From positions 1-64,000 of the forward strand of contig NIVC01003200.1 of the NCBI GenBank assembly GCA_002269645.1: DNA of 64,000 bases, read 5' to 3'. The DNA is from Macrostomum lignano. Taxonomy: Eukaryota. The notes beneath the pieces are model-generated. The model saw only the letters and a list, made by a program, of their open reading frames with translations, made no database searches and was not told the origin of the DNA. A program made the translations under genes and the position numbers. Positions 37,237-52,188 of the stretch are shown piece after piece. Position 1 is the stretch's first letter. Every line of letters begins with the position of its first letter.

Positions 37237-40200
37237 CCATTTTCCCAACCAAACTACCATTTTCCCAACCAAACTACCATTTTTCGAACCAAACTACCAT
37301 TTTTTGAACCAAACTACCATTTTCCCAACCAAACTACCATTTCCCCAACCAATCTATCATTTTTCCAACCAAACTACCATTTCCCCAACCAATCTACCAT
37401 TTTCCCAACCAAACTACCATTTCCCCAACCAAACTACCATTTTTCGAACCAAACTACCATTTTCCCAATCAAACTACCATTTTTTGAACCAAACTACCAT
37501 TTTCCCAACCAAACTACCATTTTCTCTACCAAACTAACGTTTCCCCAACCAAACTACCATTTTCCCAACCAAACTACCATTTTCCCAACCAAACTACCAT
37601 TTTCCCAACCAAACTGCCATTTTTCGAACCAAACTACCATTTTCCCAACCAAACTACCATTTTCCCAACCAAACTACCATTTCCCCAACCAAACTACCAC
37701 TTTTCGAACCAAACTATCATTTTCCCAATCAAACTACCATTTTTTGAACCAAACTACCATTTTCCCAACCAAACTACCATTTTCCCAACCAAACTACCAT
37801 CTTTCGAACCAAACTACCATTTTCCCAACCAAACTACCATTTTCCCAACCAAACTACCATTTTTCGAACCAAACTACCATTTTCCCAACCAAACTACCAT
37901 TTTCCCAACTAAACTACCATTTTCCCAACCAAACTACAATTTTCCCACCCAATCTACCATTTTCCCACGCAATCTACCATTTTCCCACCCAAACTACCAT
38001 TTTTCCACCCAATCTACCATTTTCCCACCCAATCTAGCATTTTCCCCACCAAACTACCATTTTCCCAACCAAACTACCATTTTCCCAACCAAACTACCAT
38101 TTTTCGAACCAAACTACCATTTTCCCAACCAAACTACCATTTTCCCAACCAAAATACCATTTTCCCAACCAAACTACCATTTTCCCAACCAAACTACCAT
38201 TTTCCCACCCAATCTACCATTTTCCCACCCAATCTACCATTTTCCCACCCAATCTACCATTTTTCCACCCAATCTACCATTTTCCCACCCAATCTACCAT
38301 TTTCCCCACCAAACTACCATTTTCCCAACCAAACTACCATTTCCCCAACCAATCTACCATTTTCCCAACCAAACTACCATTTCCCCAACCAAACTACCAT
38401 TTTTCGAACCAAACTACCATTTTCCCAATCAAACTACCATTTTTTGAACCAAACTACCATTTTCCCAACCAAACTACCATTTTCTCTACCAAACTAACGT
38501 TTCCCCAACCAAACTACCATTTTCCCAACCAAACTACCATTTTCCCAACCAAACTACCATTTTCCCAACCAAACTGCCATTTTTCGAACCAAACTACCAT
38601 TTTCCCAACCAAACTACCATTTTCCCAACCAAACTACCATTTCCCCAACCAAACTACCACTTTTCGAACCAAACTATCATTTTCCCAATCAAACTACCAT
38701 TTTTTGAACCAAACTACCATTTTCCCAACCAAACTACCATTTTCCCAACCAAACTACCATCTTTCGAACCAAACTACCATTTTCCCAACCAAACTACCAT
38801 TTTCCCAACCAAACTACCATTTTTCGAACCAAACTACCATTTTCCCAACCAAACTACCATTTTCCCAACTAAACTACCATTTTCCCAACCAAACTACAAT
38901 TTTCCCACCCAATCTACCATTTTCCCACGCAATCTACCATTTTCCCACCCAATCTACCATTTTTCCACCCAATCTACCATTTTCCCACCCAATCTAGCAT
39001 TTTCCCCACCAAACTACCATTTTCCCAACCAAACTACCATTTTCCCAACCAAACTACCATTTTTCGAACCAAACTACCATTTTCCCAACCAAACTACCAT
39101 TTTCCCAACCAAAATACCATTTTCCCAACCAAACTACCATTTTCCCAACCAAACTACCATTTTCCCACCCAATCTACCATTTTCCCACCCAATCTACCAT
39201 TTTCCCACCCAATCTACCATTTTTCCACCCAATCTACCATTTTCCCACCCAATCTACCATTTTCCCCACCAAACTACCATTTTCCCAACCAAACTACCAT
39301 TTTCCCAACCAAACTACCATTTTTCGAACCAAACTACCATTTTCCCAACCAAACTACCATTTTCCCAACCAAAATACCATTTTCCCAACAAAACTACCAT
39401 TTTCCCAACCAAACTACCATTTTTCGAACCAAACTACCATTTTTTGAACCAAACTATCATTTTTTGAACCAAAATACCATTTTCCCAACCAAACTACCAT
39501 TTCCCCAACCAATCTATCATTTTTCCAACCAAACTACCATTTCCCCAACCAAACTACCATTTTCCCACCCAATCTACCATTTTTCCACCCAATCTACCAT
39601 TTTCCCACCCAATCTACCATTTTTCCACCCAATTTACCATTTTTCCACCCAATTTACCATTTTCCCACCCAATCTACTATTTTCCCCACCAAACTACCAT
39701 TTTTCGAACCAAACTACCATTTTCCCAACCAAAATACCATTTTCCCAACCAAAATACCATTTTCCCAACCAAACTACCATTTTCCCAACCAAACTACCAT
39801 TTTTCGAACCAAACTACCATTTTTTGAACCAAACTATCATTTTTTGAACCAAAATACCATTTTCCCAACCAAACTACCATTTCCCCAACCAATCTATCAT
39901 TTTTCCAACCAAACTACCATTTCCCCAACCAAACTACCATTTTCCCACCCAATCTACCATTTTCCCACCCAATCTACCATTTTCCCACCCAATCTACCAT
40001 TTTTCCACCCAATTTACCATTTTTCCACCCAATTTACCATTTTCCCACCCAATCTACTATTTTCCCCACCAAACTACCATTTTTCGAACCAAACTACCAT
40101 TTTCCCAACCAAAATACCATTTTCCCAACCAAAATACCATTTTCCCAACCAAACTACCATTTTCCCAACCAAACTACCATTTTTCGAACCAAACTACCAT

Positions 40201-42743
40201 TTTCCCAACTAAACTACCATTTTCCCAACCAAACTACAATTTTCCCACCCAATCTACCATTTTCCCAGCCAAACTACCATTTTCCCAACCAAACTACCAT
40301 TTTCCCAACCAAACTACCATTTTTCGAACCAAACTACCATTTTTTGAACCAAACTACCATTTTCCCAACCAAACTACCATTTTCCCAACCAAACTACCAT
40401 TTGGTTGGTAGTTTGGCAACCAAACTACCATTTTCCCAACCAAAATACCATTTTCCCAACCAAACTACCATTTTCCCAACCAAACTACCATTTTCCCACC
40501 CAATCTACCATTTTCCCACCCAATCTACCATTTTCCCACCCAATCTACCATTTTTCCACCCAATCTACCATTTTCCCACCCAATCTACCATTTTCCCCAC
40601 CAAACTACCATTTTCCCAACCAAACTACCATTTTCCCAACCAAACTACCATTTTTCGAACCAAACTACCATTTTCCCAACCAAACTACCATTTTCCCAAC
40701 CAAAATACCATTTTCCCAACCAAACTACCATTTTCCCAACCAAACTACCATTTTTCGAACCAAACTACCATTTTTTGAACCAAACTATCATTTTTTGAAC
40801 CAAAATACCATTTTCCCAACCAAACTACCATTTCCCCAACCAATCTATCATTTTTCCAACCAAACTACCATTTCCCCAACCAAACTACCATTTTCCCACC
40901 CAATCTACCATTTTCCCACCCAATCTACCATTTTCCCACCCAATCTACCATTTTTCCACCCAATTTACCATTTTTCCACCCAATTTACCATTTTCCCACC
41001 CAATCTACTATTTTCCCCACCAAACTACCATTTTTCGAACCAAACTACCATTTTCCCAACTAAACTACCATTTTCCCAACCAAACTACAATTTTCCCACC
41101 CAATCTACCATTTTCCCAGCCAAACTACCATTTTCCCAACGAAACTACCATTTTCCCAACCAAACTACCATTTTTCGAACCAAACTACCATTTTTTGAAC
41201 CAAACTACCATTTTCCCAACCAAACTACCATTTTCCCAACCAAACTACCATTTTTCGAACCAAACTACCATTTTTTGAACCAAACTACCATTTTCCCAAC
41301 CAAACTACCATTTCCCCAACCAATCTATCATTTTTCCAACCAAACTACCATTTCCCCAACCAATCTACCATTTTCCCAACCAAACTACCATTTCCCCAAC
41401 CAAACTACCATTTTTCGAACCAAACTACCATTTTCCCAATCAAACTACCATTTTTTGAACCAAACTACCATTTTCCCAACCAAACTACCATTTTCTCTAC
41501 CAAACTAACGTTTCCCCAACCAAACTACCATTTTCCCAACCAAACTACCATTTTCCCAACCAAACTACGATTTTCCCAACCAAACTGCCATTTTTCGAAC
41601 CAAACTACCATTTTCCCAACCAAACTACCATTTTCCCAACCAAACTACCATTTCCCCAACCAAACTACCACTTTTCGAACCAAACTACCATTTTCCCAAC
41701 CAAACTACCATTTTTCGAACCAAACTACCATTTTCCCAACCAAACTACCATTTTCCCAACCAAAATACCATTTTCCCAACCAAACTACCATTTTCCCAAC
41801 CAAACTACCATTTTTCGAACCAAACTACCATTTTCCCAACTAAACTACCATTTTCCCAACCAAACTACAATTTTCCCACCCAATCTACCATTTTCCCACG
41901 CAATCTACCATTTTCCCACCCAATCTACCATTTTTCCACCCAATCTACCATTTTCCCACCCAATCTAGCATTTTCCCCACCAAACTACCATTTTCCCAAC
42001 CAAACTACCATTTTCCCAACCAAACTACCATTTTTCGAACCAAACTACCATTTTCCCAACCAAACTACCATTTTCCCAACCAAAATACCATTTTCCCAAC
42101 CAAACTACCATTTTCCCAACCAAACTACCATTTTCCCACCCAATCTACCATTTTTCCACCCAATCTACCATTTTCCCACCCAATCTACCATTTTTCCACC
42201 CAATCTACCATTTTCCCACCCAATCTACCATTTTCCCCACCAAACTACCATTTTCCCAACCAAACTACCATTTTCCCAACCAAACTACCATTTTTCGAAC
42301 CAAACTACCATTTTCCCAACCAAACTACCATTTTCCCAACCAAAATACCATTTTCCCAACCAAACTACCATTTTCCCAACCAAACTACCATTTTTCGAAC
42401 CAAACTACCATTTTTTGAACCAAACTATCATTTTTTGAACCAAAATACCATTTTCCCAACCAAACTACCATTTCCCCAACCAATCTATCATTTTTCCAAC
42501 CAAACTACCATTTCCCCAACCAAACTACCATTTTCCCACCCAATCTACCATTTTCCCACCCAATCTACCATTTTCCCACCCAATCTACCATTTTTCCACC
42601 CAATTTACCATTTTTCCACCCAATTTACCATTTTCCCACCCAATCTACTATTTTCCCCACCAAACTACCATTTTTCGAACCAAACTACCATTTTCCCAAC
42701 CAAAATACCATTTTCCCAACCAAAATACCATTTTCCCAACCAA
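37237..42743. repeat. 20-bp minisatellite TTTTCCCAACCAAACTACCA, ~5.5 kb, with higher-order duplications
   Basis: 960-bp block repeat (37441 vs 38401) and 380-bp block repeat (39464 vs 39844). Short inverted insert at ~40401-40420. Degenerate related sequence at 36960-37237. Confidence 0.99.
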
Positions 42744-44109
42744 TAAATCAAACAGAAATTCAGTTTTTTCTCCTCGAATCCTCTAGCAGCTCGAACAACC
42801 GTCCCTAGCAGAGCTTGCCAGACTTCAGCTAAGGCAAATGCAAGAATTAATTGGACCCAAAGGAAGAATTCAACACGCAGGTCGCAGTCAAATTCTAGTT
42901 AAATACTCCTAGAGTGAGAATTATTTTCCGCCTTGTTCAACCGACAAGAGCTGTTGAATTGTGACCAGCTGGAGTGGGCCTGGTCTGGAGAAAGTTGCCG
43001 CAGGGGTTAGGGTAGGGGTTTCTGCCATAGACTATAAGAGCCGGGCGGCTGCTGGAGGAGGCTGGCTTCTCGGCGAAAGCCAACAACCACCTTAACAATT
43101 CAAGAGGGTTCTTAAATGGCTTTGCTAACAAAATGTTGCACCACCACACCGCCTCCGGTGCCCCCCCCCCCTGCAAGCGCAAGAGCAAGTGCCTGCAAGT
43201 CTGGTAGCCTGCATGGTTAGCAGGGAATGAAGGACGGGCCCTCGGTCACGTGTCCTTCCCGATCATATTGAAATTCACACAATGCTTGATTATAATTAAT
43301 TAATTTCTCCAATATAGGCCTGATTAATAAATTCTGATGAAGTTTAAAATAATCTGGAACCTGCGTTTTCTTAGAATAGCAATCTGCATCAAAGCATTTT
43401 GGACGAGAGCAGATCGTTTGAAAATAAAATACCAACTAGACAAGGGAAATTGGATTTGATTTCATGATATAACAATGACTAAGTATAGTAGCTTTGAATT
43501 CGGAGTAAGGTGTTTAGTTAAAGGAAAGATAGCTAAGGGTCCTCTCACTCTCTTGTTCCATCTTAATTTTAGTTTTCAAGAGGCTGCCAGCACGCTACTG
43601 ATGGGGGGGGAGGAGAGTGAGGGGAGCCACCCACTTGTCTCCGGCCGTGCAGTCGCCGGAGCTCACCGCATGATCTGTCTAAGAAGACGGCGATTTTAAT
43701 CAGTTTGATAAAAAAATCGCAAAAATGGCTGCCGCCACCAGCGGCCACTTCTCTACTTGATATCCCCGAATCGCAGCGGGGGCTCCGATTCGCTTCTAAC
43801 TAATTGCTCCCCCCATTAATTTGTCTAATCGGGCGTGGTTCAGTGATGTTTTCTCAGCATCTTGTTATTGTTGAAGTGAAAACGCGAACAGTTGTCGATT
43901 TTTACCTGCTGGCCTGCAACTGCAGCGTTGGCACCTTCTTGACGCCCACTCTCTGTCTACTTTTCACCATCCTCTTTTTCTGTTAAAATTGCCTCCCAAG
44001 TAGGTGAATGTTATGTAAGATGGTAGGCACAGTATGTATACTGCATAAGGGCAGAAAAGTTGCATGTCTGGTCGACAGGTCAGTGGTTTCATGGGCTGTT
44101 AGTTAAGTA

Positions 44110-44960
44110 GATAGGTAGGTAGGTAGGTAGGTAGGTGGGTGGGTGGGTTGGTGGGTAGGTAGGTAGGTAGGTAGGTAGGTAGGTAGGTAGGTAGGTAGGC
44201 AGGTAGGTACATAGCACGTAACTAGGCAGGTAGGTACATAATAGTAGGTAGGCAGGTAGGTACATAATAGTAGGTAGGCAGGTAGGTACATAATAGTAGG
44301 TAGGCAGGTAGGTACATAATAGTAGGTAGGCAGGTAGGTACATAATAGTAGGTAGGCAGGTAGGTACATAATAGTAGGTAGGCAGGTAGGTACATAATAG
44401 TAGGTAGGCAGGTAGGTACATAATAGTAGGTAGGCAGGTAGGTACATAATAGTAGGTAGGCAGGTAGGTACATAATAGTAGGTAGGCAGGTAGGTACATA
44501 ATAGTAGGTAGGCAGGTAGGTACATAATAGTAGGTAGGCAGGTAGGTACATAATAGTAGGTAGGCAGGTAGGTACATAATAGTAGGTAGGCAGGTAGGTA
44601 CATAATAGTAGGTAGGCAGGTAGGTACATAATAGTAGGTAGGCAGGTAGGTACATAATAGTAGGTAGGCAGGTAGGTACATAATAGTAGGTAGGCAGGTA
44701 GGTACATAATAGTAGGTAGGCAGGTAGGTACATAATAGTAGGTAGGCAGGTAGGTACATAATAGTAGGTAGGCAGGTAGGTACATAATAGTAGGTAGGCA
44801 GGTAGGTACATAATAGTAGGTAGGCAGGTAGGTACATAATAGTAGGTAGGCAGGTAGGTACATAATAGTAGGTAGGCAGGTAGGTACATAATAGTAGGTA
44901 GGCAGGTAGGTACATAATAGTAGGTAGGCAGGTAGGTACATAATAGTAGGTAGGCAGGTA
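44110..44960. repeat. (GGTA)n grading into a 26-bp minisatellite AGGTAGGCAGGTAGGTACATAATAGT
   Basis: ~28 near-perfect 26-mers built from GGTA-like subunits. Confidence 0.98.
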
Positions 44961-45596
44961 GTTACGGTGTTGCAGAACAGCATGCTGAGTGAAATCAGCT
45001 ATTAGCAAGATCGTGAACAGGCTGGTCATATCCAACAATATTGTATTGAAATTCTTGTTGCGCTAAAAAGCGACTGAGAAAACACTTTACTCTACTTAAA
45101 ATAAGTAGTCTAAAATGTAAAAGGCTATAATTTTTTTTAAGTTTTAGAGAAGAAGCGACACAACCCAGGCCAACACACAAAGAAAGTCCTACACCCGCTC
45201 TGATCATAATCAGTATGTTGGAATGTTTTGCGTGCCATTTTAATGCGCAGTTTCTAGGCTGGCTAACCCCTGCCGCCGATTCTCTTATTAGTCACGCTAT
45301 AGTGTTAGACTTGTTATAATGGAATGAATTAATTCAAATTGCGTCTGTGTTATAGGGCTGGTTTGTGCCCACGCAGTGTGTGACTCAGTCAGTGCAGTAA
45401 AGGACGGGCATTTTATTGTACACTTACAGGCGGGAAATGTGATTAATAAACTCTGCGTGTTGTTAAAAACGGCTTTTTTAAAGGGCTGAAAAATTCAATA
45501 AGGTAAATTTAGCAGATAAGATGAGCATAGTTCATAGTACACTTCCACAAACAGGACAGAGACGCAAAACCAAGGAACTTCGCTTCTTTGAAGGAA

Positions 45597-46628
45597 ACTC
45601 CGTCATTCACAAGCTTGAAACCCCGTCATTCACAAGCTTGAAACCCCATCATTCACAAGCTTGAAACCCCATCATTCACAAGCTTGAAACCCAATCATTC
45701 ACAAGCTTGAAACCCCAGCATTCAAAAGCTTGAAACCCCATCATTCACAAGCTTGAAACCCCATCATTCACAAGCTTGAAACCCCATCATTCACAAGCTT
45801 GAAACCCCATCATTCACAAACTTGAAACCCCATCATTCACAAGCTTGAAACCCCATCATTCACAAGCTTAGAACCCCATCATTCACAAGCTTGAAACCTC
45901 ATCATTCACAAGCTTGAAACCCCATCATTCACAAGCTTGAAACCCCATCATTCACAAGCTTGAAACCCCATCATTCACAAGCTTGAAACCCCATCATTCA
46001 CAAGCTTAGAACCCCATCATTCACAAGCTTGAAACCCCATCATTCACAAGCTTAGAACCCCATCATTCACAAGCTTGAAACCTCATCATTCACAAGCTTG
46101 AAACCCCATCATTCACAAGCTTGAAACCCCATCATTCACAAGCTTGAAACCCCATCATTCACAAGCTTAGAACCCCATCATTCACAAGCTTGAAACCTCA
46201 TCATTCACAAGCTTGAAACCCCATCATTCACAAGCTTGAAACCCCATCATTCACAAGCTTGAAACCCCATCATTCACAAGCTTAGAACCCCATCATTCAC
46301 AAGCTTGAAACCTCATCATTCACAAGCTTGAAACCCCATCATTCACAAGCTTGAAACCCCATCATTCACAAGCTTAAAACCCCATCATTCACAAGCTTGA
46401 AACCCCATCATTCACAAGCTCAAAACCACATCATTCAAAAGCTTGAAACCCCATCATTCACAAGCTTAGAACCCCATCATTCACAAGCTCAAAACCACAT
46501 CATTCAAAAGCTTGAAACCCCATCATTCACAAGCTTAGAACCCCATCATTCACAAGCTTAGAACCCCATTATTCACAAGCTCAAAACCACATCATTCAAA
46601 AGCTTGAAAACCCATCAATCACAAGCAT
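45597..46628. repeat. 23-bp minisatellite GAAACCCCATCATTCACAAGCTT
   Basis: ~45 units. Confidence 0.98.
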
Positions 46629-47339
46629 GAAAAGAACACAGTTATATTCAGTTTAACTGTTTGAACCAATTCGAGCTTAAGCAACGCAGAGGCAAAGCCC
46701 AAGACTCCCAAGACTACACACAGACGCATTGCTAAGCTCGTATAATGGCAAAACGAGGCAGGAAATCGGCAGTTTTTGCTCCCCAAAAAATCTCTCCACT
46801 TTTGCTGGGCCCCCCCTCTCCTGCCTGCACAGGCCGACACGGCAGCGAAAGTCAAAACAATTCATTCTGCTAAACAAGAGCTTGCTTGCTCGGCAAACAC
46901 GAAGCCGCCCAAGGCCAAGACAGGGAGGGAGAGAGAGGCATAACATAAACACCTGCAGCATCTTCCAGCATCCCAGTTGCAGGGCCGCATTCTGCGCGTC
47001 CCCTTGAAAATCAGTTGGCAATCCAGCGTCTTCTCTCTCTGTCACTCAAAAAAGTCGAACTGTGGCCCGAACAGGCTGTCCTGTCAGTTGCGTGGACAGC
47101 GGAATGAAATTTCAAGATCAAGAATGTCTCCGGTGCATGTCTATTGTATTATAGATGAGTCATCTTCTATACACAAAAGCCAAGCATGCAAATATTTCTT
47201 GGGATTTAAAAGGGGGACGGCATATTTTTATATCGGATCTTCCTGTCCAATGCCAGCTGCGTAAGTTGACTCTGCTGAGCAAGTTCAATGTCAATAAATA
47301 GATCGTGTGGACTCAATCAGAAAATCAGGGAAGAGTGGC

Positions 47340-48085
47340 AGTGGCCTAGCAACTGAGGATCTGGGAGGTTGGCCCAGCAACTGAGGATCTGGGAGGTTGG
47401 CCCAGCAACTGAGGATCTGGGAGGTTGGCCCAGCAACTGAGGATCTGGGAGGCTGGCCCAGCAACTGAGGATCTGGGAGGTTGGCCCAGCAACTGAGGAT
47501 CTGGGAGGCTGGCCCAGCAACTGAGGATCTGGGAGGTTGGCCCAGCAACTGAGGATCTGGGAGGTTGGCCCAGCAACTGAGGATCTGGGAGGTTGGCCCA
47601 GCAACTGAGGATCTGGGAGGTTGGCCCAGCAACTGAGGATCTGGGAGGTTGGCCCAGCAACTGAGGATCTGGGAGGTTGGCCCAGCAACTGAGGATCTGG
47701 GAGGTTGGCCCAGCAACTGAGGATCTGGGAGGCTGGCCCAGCAACTGAGGATCTGGGAGGCTGGCCCAGCAACTAAGGATCTGGGAGGCTGGCCCAGCAA
47801 CTGAGGATCTGGGAGGCTGGCCCAGCAACTGAGGATCTGGGAGGCTGGCCCAGCAACTGAGGATCTGGGAGGCTGTGGCACAGCAACTGAGGATTTGGGA
47901 GGCTGGCCCGGCAACTGAGGATCTGGGAGGCTGGCGGTGGCCCAGCAACTGAGGATCTGGGAGGCTGGCGGTGGCCCGGCAACTGAGGATCTGGGAGGCT
48001 GGCCCAGCAACTGAGGATCTGGGAGGCTGGCCCAGCAACTGAGGATCTGGGAGGCTGGCCCAGCAACTGAGGATCTGGAGGTTGG
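47340..48085. repeat. 28-bp minisatellite GGCCCAGCAACTGAGGATCTGGGAGG(T/C)T
   Basis: ~26 units. Confidence 0.97.
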
Positions 48086-48619
48086 CCTAGGAATTGAGAG
48101 CTCGAGGGGGGGAGGAAGACCGGAGGATATGAGATCGAGGGGGGGGGGGAGGTGGAAGACCGAAGGATATGAAATCGAGGGCGGCAGTGACTCAGAAACT
48201 CCGGGTTGAGTTTGCGACTCCAAAGAGAAGCGCACTCTTTGTTCTACTAGATCCATGCACTCTAGCCAGCAGGTCAAACACATGCATAGTTCAACATATA
48301 AAGGCACGCATTAAAAAATTCCAAATGGGCCGGCTATCTATAATTGAGTCGGGCGGCAACACAGGAGAAGCCCACCAACCGCGGACTGGTCTGTTTATCC
48401 TATAACTTCTCAGCCAGTATGTTTAGTCAGCAAGCAAAAGCTCAGCTAATCAGGGCCAGGCCGGGCAACTCCTGACAGACTGCGATGACTCAGCATTGTT
48501 TTTTTTACAGCGAATTCGAACACCCCGAGTGCGCATAGAGAAATGGAGTTATATAGTAAATAGAAGGAGAATGAGGCCATTTTATTGAGCAGTGGAAATA
48601 CTTCAATAGAGACCTTGAT

Positions 48620-49822
48620 AGGGTGGGTGCTGATCCTATAAAATACCCGGAAGTAGGGTGATGGGCTGCTGATCCTATAAAATACCCGGAAGTAGGGTGG
48701 GTGCTGATCCTATAACATACCCGGAAGTAGGGTGGGTGCTGATCCTATAAAATACCCGGAAGTAGGGTGATGGGCTGCTGGTCCTAAAATACCCGGAAGT
48801 AGGGTGATGGGCTGCTGGTCCTATAAAATACCCGGAAGTAGGGTGGGTGCTGACCCTATAAAATACCCGGAAGTAGGGTGGGTGCTGATCCTATAACATA
48901 CCCGGAAGTAGGGTGGGTGCTGATCCTATAAAATACCCGGAAGTAGGGTGGGTGCTGACCCTATAAAATACCCGGAAGTAGGGTGGGTGCTGATCCTATA
49001 ACATACCCGGAAGTAGGGTGGGTGCTGATCCTATAACATACCCGGAAGTAGGGTGGGTGCTGATCCTATAAAATACCCGGAAGTAGGGTGGGTGCTGACC
49101 CTATAAAATACCCGGAAGTAGGGTGGGTGCTGATCCTATAACATACCCGGAAGTAGGGTGGGTGCTGATCCTATAACATACCCGGAAGTAGGGTGGGTGC
49201 TGATCCTATAAAATACCCGGAAGTAGGGTGATGGGCTGCTGATCCTATAAAATACCCGGAAGTAGGGTGGGTGCTGACCCTATAAAATACCCGGAAGTAG
49301 GGTGGGTGCTGATCCTATAACATACCCGGAAGTAGGGTGGGTGCTGATCCTATAACATACCCGGAAGTAGGGTGGGTGCTGATCCTATAACATACCCGGA
49401 AGTAGGGTGGGTGCTGATCCTATAAAATACCCGGAAGTAGGGTGATGGGCTGCTGATCCTATAAAATACCCGGAAGTAGGGTGACGGGCTGCTGATCCTA
49501 TAAAATACCCGGAAGTAGGGTGATGGGCTGCTGATCCTATAAAATACCTGGAAGTAGGGTGGGCTGCTGGCCCTATAAAATATCTGAAAGTAGGGCGGGC
49601 TGCTGGCCCTATAAAATACCCGGAAGTAGGGTGGGTGCTGATCCTATAAAATACCTGGAAATAGGGTGGGTGCTGACCTATAAAATACCTGGAAGTAGGG
49701 TGGGTGCTGATCCTATAAAATACCTGGAAGTAGGTTGGGTGCTGACTTAATAAAATACCCGGAAGTAGGGTGGGTGCTGACACAATAAAATACCCGGAAG
49801 TAGAGTGGGTGTTAGCCCTATA
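48620..49822. repeat. 35/39-bp minisatellite GGGTGGGTGCTGATCCTATAAAATACCCGGAAGTA
   Basis: ~33 units. Units contain TATAAAA (or TATAACA) and CCGGAAGT. Confidence 0.97.
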
Positions 49823-50714
49823 AAATACCTTTAGGAGAGGCTGGTGCCCCTAAAAAATGGCCAGGAATGAGAGCAAAACAAGATGCAGAGGTAAGGTACA
49901 AGGAAACAGATTTAACAAAATAAAGAACACATGAAAGAATATACTGGACTACAATTGATAAACAAGTGAGTAGAAATAGCATGATCAAATTGCGATATGC
50001 CTGCCTCATTGCAAATGTATATTTATTTATACTCTTGCATGTATTCATTAGTAAAGAAATGTGCAATTAATTAGTACATAATATAAACACACAAATTTGC
50101 CAGCACACATGTACATTGGGCAGAGTAAAGAATTCACTGTGCAATGTACTTTAAAAAAGCGTTTGGTCAGTCGAGTGCCAGCTATAAAAAGAGTGAAAAA
50201 AGCAAACAATAGCTGAAGCCAGAAACTGTTATAACATTGAAATATTGACAGGAATTGCCAATTATCATTTCAACTAAAAATAACCCTAAGAAGGCCCTGC
50301 CTGGTAATGCAACAACGTTAAGCATGATTGAAGCCATTGGTCCCGAAAGTTTACTAATAAAATTGTAAAGATTTTACGAGCCTAAAAGTATATGGTTAAA
50401 TTAGGACAATACATACAAGCTATAAAAGGTAAATTTATTAAAATTTTAGGATATTAGCACAGAAAAGTTTGCAACAAGAAAACTGGTGACTAGAAAAGTG
50501 CAGAACAAAACGGCGGTTTTGGACAGTATAAACGAATTGATAAAGGAATCAATATTGTAATTAGACTACTAGATAATTTTAACTATTAATAATTAATTTA
50601 ACAATAAGCCATAAAAGGGTATAGGCGATATGTTCCCTCAGAAGATTTTAAACTGACTTTACTGCAGTATTAAATAGTACAGCTGCTGCACCGACTGCAC
50701 CAATTATAAAGTGG

Positions 50715-50890
50715 CTTTGCGCACTGATAAAGTACACTTGCACTAATAGAGTGCACTTGCACTGATAGAGTACACTTGCACTTATAGAGTGCACTTGCAC
50801 TTATAGAGTGCACTTGCACTGATAGAGTACACTTGCACTGATAGAGTACACTTGCACTTATAGAGTGCACTTGCACTGATAGAGTACACT
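50715..50890. repeat. 19-bp minisatellite GAGTGCACTTGCACTGATA
   Basis: ~9 units with an internal AGTGCACT palindrome. Confidence 0.92.
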
Positions 50891-51519
50891 TAAACTTTTG
50901 GTGAACAGTTGCTACGGTAAAGTGCGACAGCACTAAAAGGTTACACGCGCCAGTGCAATAAAAATACCAGCTGTGGCTTAGAGGACACACAAAAAGCATG
51001 CGTAAATTGAATGAATAAAAACGCATTTAAATAAAAATATTGATAGATCCGATTAGAGTGAACGACCAGGGTTTTCAATCAAAAAAGCATCAATCAATAA
51101 AAATAGATAAGATAGGTTAAATAATCAACTTCTTTATTAGGCTTTGCATGCAATTAACAACGAATCGTATTTGTAAACTGCTATGTAACACCAAAATGTA
51201 CATTTATGGGCAGAGATACGGTGAGGACAAGGGTTAATAACGGACCGGACATTGAATTGCAGGAATTAGCAGCTTTAATTACAGCAAGACTATCAAACAG
51301 GTAGAAAACAGAGATTAATGCTATAAAAGGTGAATTTATGAATAGTTTAAAAATTTATGCAGTCGTTGACAACTGCACAGGAAACTGGGGGAATGCTGAA
51401 TGCAGACTGACATGACGCAAGACTCAATTTTTAAAAGGATAATTTGTACCTAGATTTCAGTTACGATACTGCGACCGACGTTAGTTCTCAAATCTACCTG
51501 ACTAAGCCAAATGGACTTT

Positions 51520-52000
51520 CACGCTCAACGGACACAAAGAGTGACAGAAATTTGACACCCAACGGACATAAAGAGTGACAGAAATCTCGCACCCAACGGA
51601 CACAGAGAGTGACAGAAATCTCACACTCAATGGATCTAAAGAGTGACAGAAATCTCACACCCAACGGAACCAAAGAGTGACAGAAATCTCACACTCAACG
51701 GATCTAAAGAGTGACAGAAATCTCACACCCAACGGAACCAAAGAGTGACAGAAATCTCACACTCAATGGATCTAAAGAGTGACAGAAATCTCACACCCAA
51801 CGGATCTAAAGAGTGACAGAAATCTCACACTCAATGGATCTAAAGAGTGACAGAAATCTCACACCCAACGGACACAAAGAGTGACAGAAATCTAACACCC
51901 AACGGAACCAAAGAGTGACAGAAATCTCACACCCAACGGACACAGAGAGTGACAGAAATCTCGCACCCAACGGACACAAAGAGTGACAGAAATCTCACAG
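51520..52000. repeat. 34-bp minisatellite AAAGAGTGACAGAAATCTCACACCCAACGGACAC
   Basis: ~14 units, in the probable 3' UTR or flank of the Ig gene. Confidence 0.95.
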
Positions 52001-52188
52001 CTATATGTCAAGTAACACACAATTGGTCGCACTTTGAAATCCTACAGACACGCTAAACAACGCGAATGCAAATGACATCAAAGCCATTGAATTTATCATT
52101 GCAAAAAATTATCTAAACTCAAGCCGTTTCGTTGATGGTTGATAATCAAAACCAGAGACAAACTGAGATTTCGTCACTGGCTGTTGTT

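Noticed and set aside
43003-43018. Telomeric repeat GGGTTAGGGTAGGGG
   Set aside because: Only one TTAGGG unit.
45597-52000. CRISPR-like arrays (23-, 28-, 35- and 34-bp repeats)
   Set aside because: Units are contiguous with no unique spacers, there are no cas genes, and the context is eukaryotic.
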